A stretch of DNA of 63,399 nt, filler included, from Craspedostauros australis (Eukaryota): NCBI GenBank assembly GCA_030167865.1. It is 11 parts of 11 records of this genome, joined end to end, with 100 filler letters (N's around TTAATTAATTAA, not from the genome) between each part and the next. Parts side by side here need not be neighbours in the genome. Positions count along the whole stretch, not along the records: positions 29,442 to 36,475 come from JALAGF010003236.1; positions 36,576 to 38,230 come from JALAGF010003240.1; positions 38,331 to 39,635 come from JALAGF010003241.1; positions 39,736 to 45,038 come from JALAGF010003242.1; positions 45,139 to 51,501 come from JALAGF010003243.1; 6 more parts are not named here. The stretch is one strand, 5' to 3'. The translations under genes and the position numbers were made by a program. Below the pieces are notes generated by a model. The model was not told the DNA's origin, did not search any database, and was given only the letters and a program-made list of their open reading frames with translations. Of the stretch, positions 35,288 to 46,696 are shown piece by piece. Positions within the stretch are counted from its first letter, which is position 1; each line of letters starts with the position of its first letter.

Positions 35288-36475
35288 ATGCGCTCCCACG
35301 CTCCCCCCACCACAACACTCATGGCAACGATGACGATGATAGTCATCATGGTGATGACGATGATGGCGATGGAAGTCAGATCCGTGGCGGCATTCACTGC
35401 TCCATGCCCTTGGCTACCGCGCCTGTCGTCAATGCCATCGCACTCTCTTCTCTCTCAACAACAGCTGCGATGTGGGTCCAGCTCTCGTCTCCGTGCAGAC
35501 GGCAACAACAACTCGGAAGCAGAAGAACCAGCCGCTGGCGAGCCCACATTGGCAGAAGTGCCGACGGATCCAGCCCAGTACGCAGACCTCTTCAACAATG
35601 ATGACTTCTGGGACGCGAATTTGGACGAGGAAGGTGTCAAGGAGATGCTGGACAAGCACTTCAAGATATCTGCTCCGAAAGATGGCTTCTGGAAAAACGT
35701 GATTGGATCTCGAGCAGTCATCATCCGTACCGCCAAAAAAGAAGGCAGCAATGAGGGTGCGTTGGAGGGTACAGCATCTGGCCTCCTCTTGGGCTTGTCC
35801 AACAATCCCACGGGTTTGTGGATCATAGGCGAAAATCAAGACCCGAAGCACAGAGAGAAAGTCTTGGTTGCCGTCAAAAGATCGCTGGTGGTTGCCAGTA
35901 AAGATAGACCCACAACCCTCCGTGATTCGATCTTGATGACATTGGGAATCACCCATAACACCCAGAAGCCCAAACCATTCGACATGCTCCGCGTAGGCGA
36001 AGACGAATCAACATTCTTCTTTGGTGAAGCCAAATTTCGACACAAAGGCAACCATGAGCAGCAACCAACAAAGGTGTTTCTGAAGCCGCTGGACCTTGCT
36101 ACGGACCGCGACGTGGTGGCAATATTCCACACCGAAAGTGGAAGCGGCAAGACCGTCGAGCTGGCTGCAAGCGCTCATCTGAGAGATGCCGTGGTCAGCG
36201 TCTTGAAGATCATCGATGTAGACATACGGACGAAAGAATCAGGCGATCAACGGTACAACGAGGCCTATGAAAGCTTGACGAGCAGTTTGAAAAGTGTCGT
36301 GCAGTCGAAGCCCATCGCCTTCCAAACCATCATCAAAGAAATGAATGCTTGGGCGGAACCGACTGCAGATGGGGCCAAGGGAGACCCCGAATCCATCCGA
36401 ATCGTGTACTGTCTCGACGAAGCATCCGGATGTCCAAACCTCGTGCGGGAAATCATCCGAAATTACAGTCGACTC
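35288..36475 (+). CDS. P-loop NTPase with N-terminal signal-like peptide, 3' truncated by gap
   Basis: Walker A-like ESGSGKT, Walker B-like IVYCLDEAS and a hydrophobic N-terminus ending VAAFTAP. Confidence 0.6.
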
Positions 36476-36575
36476 NNNNNNNNNNNNNNNNNNNNNNNNN
36501 NNNNNNNNNNNNNNNNNNNTTAATTAATTAANNNNNNNNNNNNNNNNNNNNNNNNNNNNNNNNNNNNNNNNNNNN

Positions 36576-37990
36576 GGAGTATTGGTGGTAGGCGCGTACA
36601 TGTCGAATAATTCTTGGATGGTAGTGCTGCCACGATCGAACACTGGGACATTTTCGAATTGAACCCCACCATACTGTACCATGTGACTCAACCCTGCCTT
36701 GTATGTAGTCGTGGTCATGAGGAAGGAAACNACACCGGAGAGATCACAGGCACGCACACGGTACTGAAGAACTCGCGGCGGGATGCTTTGGCCGTGGCTC
36801 AACATGACGTAGTTGCGACGCAAAGTGCAAGCCTGGCTGTGCGTGATGATGTCGCGTTTGGACAGCATGGGCACCTTTTGTTCCTCCGATAGTCCATGTG
36901 CGTGCTTAGCAAGAATAGCAGTACACAGCGCATCTGACGCAGACTTGGCCAAAGTGGCTCTCGCTGTTTGGGATGACGTAGATTCTCCGAGCAAGCATAG
37001 GGTGTAGAGATTGGATGCCAACATCGTTGGAGGAAGTTCCACATTGCCACGTACGTATGCAACCACCTGTTCCATCTGACAAGTTGGCACGTCCTCTTCT
37101 GGAAGCAGGACAGTCCAAAGTGCAGATGATACGACACTCCACATCTGTTTGATGTAGCTCCAGATGGTCCGATCGTGCCTGCCTGTGAGAACAAACCCTT
37201 TTTTCGGCATCAGCAGCAACAGTTTTGGATCTAGGTTAGACCCAAGCGCCGACATCGCACGAACGATGGCACCACGCCTCCAGCTCTCCTCCTCCTGCAG
37301 ATCACACCCGAGCTTGCCGCCCCTCCTGCCCCAGCCGGCGCGCATCTGTTCCTCCTCATCGTCAACGAACGTGCTGTCGCTGTCAATAGAGGGATCTGCG
37401 TACCCCCCAGCAACAACAGTGTTGCAACGCTGGGGAAGCCTCCCTGGTGGGGTAGGCTTCACAGGGGGTGCAACATCAGCTGCAGCAGGCAGGGAGGGCG
37501 CGTTCACGATAACGCTCACTGTAGCCCCATCGCCGACACCTCGTCCCTCCGATCGCACCTTGACGTTGGAGTCATCAAAGACGCCTCCATTGTCATCGAG
37601 GATGTGAACGAACACATGCAGCTCGCGAGCGTGCGCATGCGTGCCGTTCGGGACGAGGTTGCCATCCGCTGCATGCATCGGCTTCACATCGATCACTCGC
37701 GTGATGGTGGTCGGCTTCCTCAACGCAGCGGACGGCTTGTCAGGCAACAGTTGTTCCGCAGTAGGCAGCAAATCCCCCTTCGAATCGACAGGAGGAGCAG
37801 ACACAGGGTGAGCGCGAGGTTTCTTACTGGGGGAGGGGTTACCATCCTTGGAGAGGGCCTTGGCGGTGGTAGAGAAAGGCATGATGCAGTTGTTTCTGTG
37901 GAGTAGTGTGGTTTGCTGGTTGGATGTGACGAACTGCACTGGTGTGAGACGAAGTGACGAACGGAGAGCATGCAATGATAGGTGGGCCAT
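36576..37990 (-). CDS. Unknown protein, 3' truncated by gap (copy 1)
   Basis: Long ORF nearly identical to 38331-39635, with many differences at third codon positions. Confidence 0.55.
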
Positions 37991-38330
37991 TCAGCAGCAA
38001 CAACAACAACAACAACTACTGCTACTACTACTACTACTACTCTGACGAGAACGGGCATTGAGCGATAGGGCGAGTGTGCATGGCATTGGCGAGGAAAGTT
38101 GTGAAATGGAGCGAACGTGTGGCGCGAATTTGCGAAATGATGGAGATGATGTGTTTTGTGTCATGTGTTTTGTGTCATGTGTTTTGTGACGAGCAGAATG
38201 TGGAATCATGTGCCACATGCTAACGTGTAANNNNNNNNNNNNNNNNNNNNNNNNNNNNNNNNNNNNNNNNNNNNTTAATTAATTAANNNNNNNNNNNNNN
38301 NNNNNNNNNNNNNNNNNNNNNNNNNNNNNN

Positions 38331-39635
38331 GGAGTATTGGTGGTAGGCGCGTACATGTCGAATAATTCTTGGATGGTAGTGCTGCCACGATCGAACACTG
38401 GGACATTTTCGAATTGAACCCCACCATACTGTACCATGTGACTCAACCCTGCCTTGTATGTAGTCGTGGTCATGAGGAAGGAAACCACACCGGAGAGATC
38501 ACAGGCACGCACACGGTACTGAAGAACTCGCGGCGGGATGCTTTGGCCGTGGCTCAACATGACGTAGTTGCGACGCAAAGTNNNNGCCTGGCTGTGCGTG
38601 ATGATGTCGCGTTTGGACAGCATGCGCACCTTTTGTTCCTCCGATAGTCCATGTGCGTGCTTAGCAAGAATTGCAGTACACAGTGCATCTGACGCAGACT
38701 TGGCCAAAGTGGCTCTCGCGGTGTGTGATGACGTAGATTCTCCGAGCAAGCATAGGGTGTAGAGGTTAGATGCTAACATCGTTGGAGGAACCTCCATGTT
38801 GGCACGTACGTAAGCAACCACCTGTTCCATTTGACGAGTTGGCACATCCTCTTCTGGAAGCAGGACCGTCCAAAGTGCAGATGATACGACACTCCACATC
38901 TGTTTGATGTAGCTCCAGATGGTCCGATCGTGCCTGCCTGTGAGAACGAACCCTTTTTTCGGCATCAGCAGCAACAGTTTTGGATCTAGGTTAGACCCAA
39001 GCGCCGCCATCGCACGAACGATGGCACCACGCCTCCAGCTCTCCTCCTCCTCCAGATCACACCCGAGCTTGCCGCCCCTCCTGCCCCAGCCGGCGCGCGT
39101 CTGTTCCTCCTCATCATCAACGAACGTGCTGTCGCTGTCAACAGAGGGATCTGCGTACCCCCCAGCAACAACAGTGTTGCAACGCCGGGGAAGCCTCCCT
39201 GGTGGGGTAGGCTTGACAGGCGGAGCAACATCAGCTGCAGCAGGCAGGGGTGGCGCGTTCACGACAACGCTCACCACTGTTCCATCGCCGACACCTCGTC
39301 CCTCAGATCGCACGTTGACGTTGGAGTCGTCGAAGACGCCTCCTTTGTCATCGAGGATGTGAACGAACACATGCAGCTCGCGAGCGTGCGCATGCGTGCC
39401 GTTCGGGACGAGGTTGCCATCCGCTGCATGCATCGGCTTCACATCGATCACTCGCGTGATGGTGCTCGGCTTCCTCAACGCAGCGGACGGCTTGTCAGGC
39501 AACAGTTGTTCCGCAGTAGGCAGCAAGCCCCCCTTCGAATCGACAGGAGGGGCAGACACAGGGTGAGCGCGAGGTTTCTTACTGGGGGAGGGGTTGCCAT
39601 CCTTGGAGAGGGCCTTGGCGGTGGTAGAGAAAGGC
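38331..39635 (-). CDS. Unknown protein, truncated by gaps on both sides (copy 2)
   Basis: Near-identical paralog or allele of 36576-37990. Both start after a gap with the same GGAGTATTGG. Confidence 0.55.
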
Positions 39636-39753
39636 NNNNNNNNNNNNNNNNNNNNNNNNNNNNNNNNNNNNNNNNNNNNTTAATTAATTAANNNNNNNNN
39701 NNNNNNNNNNNNNNNNNNNNNNNNNNNNNNNNNNNTGGAGGGAAACTTTCCCC

Positions 39754-39870
39754 TGGTACTGGAGCTACGCAAACCCTACGCCCTTTTCTGACAGCAACCC
39801 AACAAAAGGGCCCCCTCCTATGGTACTTGGGCTACGCAAACCCTACGACCCTTTTCCAGGGCAACCCACA
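39754..39870 (+). repeat. Two direct repeats 67 bp apart (TGGTACT..GCTACGCAAACCCTACG.CCCTTTT...GCAACCCA), possibly part of an LTR
   Basis: Copies start at 39754 and 39821, just upstream of the long ORF. Confidence 0.7.
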
Positions 39871-40109
39871 CAGGGTGTCACACAAACAAGAATAATTGCA
39901 CTAATCTCATAATCCGCACGTTTCTTCACCATCTACCAGTATTCTAAATTGACTACTTGTGGAACAGAAGACTCTCGTCCGGANNNNNNNNNNNNNNNNN
40001 NNNNNNNNNNNNACAGCTAAAGAACAGCCAACAAGACAACAGCCATTACGTTTGGGCTCTATTAGATTAACAGTCGCAAAAGATTGTCAAGCTCTTAGAC
40101 CTCTACAAG

Positions 40110-43100
40110 ATGACCGTCACCCAACGCCTTCAGGTCTCCAACCGGCCACCTCCCAAGAGGAGCCCAGGAGACAGGACCCTAGCCTTCGAGACCGTCCCCT
40201 TGGACCCGAAGGACCCAAGCCTCTCTGCCATCCTTGATGGCACACCAGGCTACCCAACGACTGGGCCATCTTCGCTCTCCTTCGTGGACATCGGAGATAG
40301 CTTCATCGAGGTCACTTTCCGACACCCCATCATCGTAGATGCATGGAACCGAAAGGAAAGAACCAACGAAACCGAAATCGTGCGCCACGTCCACAAGACT
40401 ACCTGGAACGCGTTCACGGAACTCAAACAGGAGTTCCGGATCAGCATCGAAACCGCCATGATCTTTGATCTCTTTCCAGCCAAGACCCTCGCNNNNNNNN
40501 NNNNNNNNNNCCAACTGCTGATCACCATCCATGAAGAAGCCACCGACATGAACCCGGCATTAATCATGTTCAACCTCAAGCACCCGGACGACGTGGCAAG
40601 GAACTACGAGACAGGACTCCTCATCTACCACATCGGAGAATGGGTCAGATCCATCGAAATTGAGGATGAATCCACTCTCAAATCCACCCTTGACACGATG
40701 TTCACCGACACGGACACCACCGCCAAAGCCATGGCAGACTTCTGCCGTTCCGAACGATGCGGCAAACGCCACCACAACAAAGCGTGGTTGGAGGCCATCG
40801 GAGAACATAAGAAGGCACTCTCCAACGCATCCGCGACCAGCGTCTCATCTGGGTCAGAAGCATCTACCCGTAGAACCAGACGCGACAACGACAGCCACCA
40901 CGGAGGAACTCCATCTGGGTTCTCCCTCATGATCGGTGGGAACACCCCGCACCGTACCCCACCCGACTTCCCGAACGAAACCCAACTCTCCAGCATCGCC
41001 AAGCACGGATCACCAAACACGTCCCCAGCGGCCATCGACACCCACGGTACCATCCCAACCAACGAGGGTACCGATCCAGGCACCGACTACAACCAACGCC
41101 CTGGTAACGACGACACCGCAGAAGCATCCGCCAGTCACGGCCCCACAGGAAGGAACAGGCTGTTCCCCAACATGGACCCAGCAACGATCGGCAATTTCGA
41201 CCGTAACCCAACTGGCGCCAAAGCAGTAACCTTCACCCCAGAACGCACCCCAGGCACCCTCCCCGACGAAACCCAACTCTCTGGTATCGCTGAGCGTGGA
41301 TCCATGACGACATCCCCAACAGCAACCGATGCCTGCAGCGACAACCCAAATGCTGCAGGTACCAGCCCCAGCAACGACAACGACCAGCACCCGGGCACCA
41401 ACGAAACTACCGGACCAACCACCAAATGTGGACCCGATGGAAGGATCAGAATGTCCCCCAACGTTAGCCCCACGACCATTGACGGTCACGGTCGCAGACC
41501 ACCTGAAGCCAAGGCAGTAACCTTCGCCCCTGGGACGACTACCAGAGACCCAGGAGACACTGCCACATCTCGGATGACCCACCAGGAGAAAGGTGGGAAC
41601 CGTCCAGCAAGCAACCGAAGCTCATGGGACCATCATGGTACCATGGGCAACCCACCACCTCACGGTATGGCCAGCTACCATAACCACGACGGACGCGAAC
41701 CAACGATCCGAAACCCAACCGCCAACACAGGAGCGAACCATGGAACAGATCATCCACGTCACCAAGACCCTGGACCCTATGGTAACCATGATCACACCAA
41801 CGATGGACCCCATGGATACCCAACCCGCATGGAGAACTCCCACGCACATGGGAACCCATTCCCGGCGTACCCGCATTCCCATCCAGGAGGATTTCCGCCC
41901 ATTGGAATCCCTGCCCACATGGGATACCCCCCAAACGGAAATGTAGGCTACCCGACAGCCCTGAGAGCTTTCATGCCTGTTGGAATTCCCCAACCTGGGC
42001 ACCCCCCGAGACCACCAGGACACAGGAACCAAGCAACAGGTCATGGCGCGAACCGAAGGGGACCAGACCCACACGTCTTAGGTCCTGACACCCACCGTGG
42101 GCACCACGCATTCGGGTACGCACCCCATCAGGGAGGCACCCATGGTGATACCCCAACTCCTCCCGCCAAGCTGACGAAGCGTCATTCCAACCCGAATGCC
42201 ACAAGCACCGGCCCCAGCAATGACCACGACCAGCACACCATCACCAACAAAGATACTGGATCAACCAACGAGCGCGGACCCGACGGAAGGAGCGGACCGT
42301 TCCCTGACGTAAACCCCGCTACTATTGGCGGACAGGATCGCAGGCCACCCGACGCCAAGGCGGCGGCAACCTTCGCCCCCAAGACAACCCCCAGGGACCC
42401 AGGAGACCCCGCCGGACCCCGCGCGACCCGCCCAGAGAGCGGCGAGAACCGCCCCGCGGACAACCAGAACTCATGGAACCATCATGGTACCATGGGTAAC
42501 CCGCTACCCCATGGGATGGCCAACAACCATGGCAACGGCAGACGCAAACTGACGAACCAAAACCCAACTGCGAACGCAGGCATGAACCATGGAACAGGAC
42601 CAACACACCGCCAATTTCCCATATCCTACAGCATGTACGGTTACGACAACGAAGGATACCATGGATACCCACCTAACATGGGGCCTCCTCACGCATATGG
42701 CCAACCACACATGGCGTACGCGCAACCGCACCCAGGAGGATTCCCACCTTTTGGAGTCCCTGTCCACATGGTATACGTGCCAAATGGAAGTGGAGACAAC
42801 CAAACAGCTCCAGGTGCTTTTGCACCAATTGGAAGCCTCCAACCAGGGTGCCCTCCAAGACCAACTGGATACGGACACCAGGCAACCGACCGTGGAACCC
42901 ACCATGGAGGGCCAGGGCTGCACATTGAGGCTCCTGGTACTTGCCATGAGCAACATGTGCCTGGGTACTCTTGCCATCAGGAAGCCAACCATGGTGAAAC
43001 CCCATCCGCATCAGCCAAGCTGGCGAAACGGCCACCCATCCTGGACTCCATCAGGTTCACGAGCGATGCAGTTTCCTTTCAAGTGGTGAACCACCAAACC

Positions 43101-45038
43101 CGGGCAAGCGGAACCGTCCTCGACACGGTCTCGACGGAACATCAGGAATCGTTCCCCACGTCAGGAACAGGAAGACAGTGTCTAATGCCTGATGAAAATA
43201 TGATCATCAACCTGGAGATGAGGGATGCATTGATGACATTCGACGTGATTCCCATCATGAAAGATGACGAGGACCTCCCTCCGCATGACATCACCCCAAA
43301 ACAGGAATGGAACCCACCAGACCACCAGGGTGGACACGTATGCAACATACCCAGGAGTTGCTACCTCACCGAGGACCTGGATGGAGGCGACAAGACCTTC
43401 GATTGGAGTGGTTTCCATGATGACCAACACGACCTTTCGACAGCGACCCCAGACAAGAATGGTCTGGCCCCGACGCATGATGATGCCAGAACCCCACCGC
43501 ATGCAGCACCCACCATCGAAGAGGAACCTCCCGCGACAGGGGAGCTCACAAGGACAACCGGCTCCATCGAACCAATGGCACAAAAGCCTCATGAGAAGGA
43601 AGACTCCGATCCAGGGTCATCGTACCTTCTTTGTTCATCGGGACCACCATCCTACCAACAAATGGATGACGGCGCTGAAGAAAGGGGAGGGAATGGGAGG
43701 AACATGCAAGAGAAGCGACCCCCCTCTACCATCAACGCCAGAAAGGACATCCTTTGGAAGATCAATTCTCACAGGACGAACCGATCTAAACCCAAGACCA
43801 TCTGCAAACGACAGGACACTGTGGAGAACCCCACGCATGGATCGAACCTGGGCGCTGCTAGGAGTGCCACAAAGTCAAAAACCGGGCTACGACATACACT
43901 GATGGACCTCGCACTACCCATTGATGGACCAGCAATCATGATGAGAGACAACAAGGCAATGGTACTGAACACCACGGCCCCTCCATCGCCCTTGAAGAAG
44001 AAACACTGCTCCTCGGCATTCCACCAGATTCGAGAGTGCATCGCCGCAGGTATCATTGTACTCTGCTGCATTGCTTCAATCAACACCACCTCTGACATGC
44101 ACACCAAACCACTCTCCAAAAACCCCTTCCGCCACATCGCATCGAAGACGGTCCTCAGGAACTTAATATACGAACCAGGGCCCCACCACGAAATCGTATC
44201 CCCCGCGAAACCGCGCGCCAAGGTCACCAGAGCGGAAGACGACCCTGACCTGCCAACCGATCGACCAGAGGCGCAATCATGCCACAGCAAGAAACGCACC
44301 GATACAAGAAACATCAATGTCATCCGGCACCAACAAACACGCATGGACATCAGCCCATCGTCAACTACCCTCTGGCTCACGACAACTCGACGGGAGCCGA
44401 CCCCTCTAGAGAGGTCCCGGAGAAGGCCACCTAGACCCGTCACACCGATCGCAATCACGTTGGCCGAATCCAGCCGGCAGACGCCACCAAATTTCGATGT
44501 CGCATGCGAGACGCCCGATATCCTTGCCACGACTACTGATCGCAATCCCAGTAACGGATCACTTGACAATGTTTGTCACCAACCCATCGACGCATCTCCG
44601 ACGGATCTCGCAACAGAACCCAGCCCACCGCCAGACATCAATTTTTCATTGACATCGGAAAGCTTGACGCCTCGGTTTTCTGTCACGCTGGAACACGTTC
44701 TCAGCTCTCAGGTGCTGTACCCTGCAGGGAAGAAGGGAACCTTCCATGGAATTGTCACAGGCTACGATGGTCACAGGGTCTGTATCTTCTGTACCAAGGG
44801 CAACAGGAAGGTCCACACTGACACCATGTCCTATGCAGACAGCCAATCCGTATTCCCACTCTCCCTCCACGAATATCCCGATGAAGACCTCAAGGCTACA
44901 GAGGTCCTCAGCATCGCAATCGCGGATGGACAGTGGTCCTACCCAGCTGACGACGGCGCATGGGCAGAGGAACTCAGCATGGATAGATCCACGAATCAGA
45001 GACCATCAACCTGCCACTTCTTCAGTTTGAGGAAGAAC
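40110..45038 (+). mobile_element. Long ORF derived from a CoDi-type copia element, with internal duplications and RNase H remnant but no recognisable integrase or RT core
   Basis: LRHTLMDLALPIDGPAIMMRDNKAMVLNTT..S.LKKKH...FHQIRECIAAGII...DMHTKPL is a copia RNase H C-terminus. DALMTF...LPPHDITPKQEWNP resembles the CoDi post-protease segment. The ORF stays open up to the gap. Confidence 0.75.
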
Positions 45039-45138
45039 NNNNNNNNNNNNNNNNNNNNNNNNNNNNNNNNNNNNNNNNNNNNTTAATTAATTAANNNNNN
45101 NNNNNNNNNNNNNNNNNNNNNNNNNNNNNNNNNNNNNN

Positions 45139-46140
45139 TGAATCCTCACGGATCACATAGGAAAGTGGAGTGTCGAGTGCACCATGTGTGTTCTCCAAGT
45201 AGTTCTGAATGTCTTCGAGGCTATCACGGACACGGTCCACTTTGACCAGTCGTTCTGGCATGTCCATCTCGGTTTCCTTCTTGATGCGTTGTTCCTCGAG
45301 GAAGAGCTCCCATAGCGCAACGAGGCGATCCATGGGCGCCTCTGCCGCCGTGAAAGGACGTTGAATGCGTTGGAAGTGGAATCGTGCATAGCGAAGTTGG
45401 CGCAGCTTTGTTTCATGAACCCAACCAACGCTGATGCCTGGATCCTTAATTTGCGGTGGTATATTGCCCTTGGCGCCTGCCTTGTATGCGGGGTTTTCAA
45501 TGAACCCGCTACCGTCACAGATGCGCTTGCACAGGGCAGTAACGCCTTCGTCAGTGATGGAGAGAAAATCGTCGAATTTGGTCAAGCCTTGATCCTCCAA
45601 AGCATCGACGATGTCATCATCGGGAAAGCTGAGTACGTTCTTGCAATAGTCACGTATCTCGTTGACGTTGGGATTTGCAGCGGCTGCCATGGTGTTAATG
45701 TTCGTGTATGATGTTGTTGATGAGGATGAGAGGGAAGTAGTGAAGGGAGAGAGAGATTGTGTTGTCAAGAAAATCACACTGGGACATGGTGTGTTTTCGA
45801 CGTAAAAAAAGTGTTTCAACGTGTGTTTTCGTGGTGCCAACCCGCGATGAGAAACACAGACCGGGCAACAAGGCACGCGATCTTTTCGCTGATAACAGCG
45901 TGTGTCTCAGTAGGGATTTCCGTGTAACCTACGGTCGGTGCGTCCACCAGTGTCATCCACACCACGCAATGCGAACGGTGGGATTGCATCCCGTTGACGC
46001 CGGTCACTCTGCGTCAACACACCATGGTCAAAGAGGATGCAGCACATTACAAGCAGTGCCGGCTTGGTGACGGTCCTCCCTCGGAGCGGGGTCCCAGTAT
46101 TATCGTCGCCTCTTCAGGCGGTCCCTGCACGCTCGCACAT
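45139..46140 (-). mobile_element. 5' end of a CoDi-type copia: LTR, primer-binding site and gag N-terminus (ATG at 45690)
   Basis: Gag-like QGL..FDDF...G.I.NP...DPG..V...HE.KL...GA..TPLSYVIR. The minus strand reads ...GAGACACA (LTR end, 45901) then CGCTGTTATCAGC (PBS-like). The outer LTR edge is approximate. Confidence 0.75.
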
Positions 46141-46696
46141 GCCCGCATGAGCGGATGAGAATGATAAACCAAGTTACGACACACGTGAAACCGATTTAGA
46201 GTGAAAAAGAGTAAAGATGCAGATTATGAGTCTTATCGATGTCGTATGCGTCAGTGCTGTTGTCTCATTGCTGTGTCGTCCATGATTGGTAGCGGCGGCT
46301 ATCGTGTAACGCCGTTTCAACGGTTTCATACATATCCCGGTTTGACATGACCTGCTGTCTTGAACCCATGCGGCAACGTTCGCCGCCATGCTCGGCATAT
46401 AAACTGCTCTAAACACTCTATGTCACGTTCTTATTACCGCAAGTCCTCGTTGTCGTCCACACTGGGCAGCCGCATGGTTGTGCGTACTTTATGGTATTCA
46501 TGCAGAACAGCATTAACCTCTGCTTCATGTCAATTTCGCTCTCATGTCATCCGTGGTATAAGATTCTACACTTTGGTAAACATACCATGCCATGCCTTGA
46601 GGTGCAGAACAGCACCAACCATAGAGCCCACACTCCATTGGCACCAATAGAAAGATAGAGTACCGTCCTCTCCTCTGCTCGCACTCCACCTGACTG

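Noticed and set aside
37993..38190. CAA/CTA microsatellite and 14-bp TGTGTTTTGTGTCA repeats
   Set aside because: Ordinary simple repeats with no further structure.
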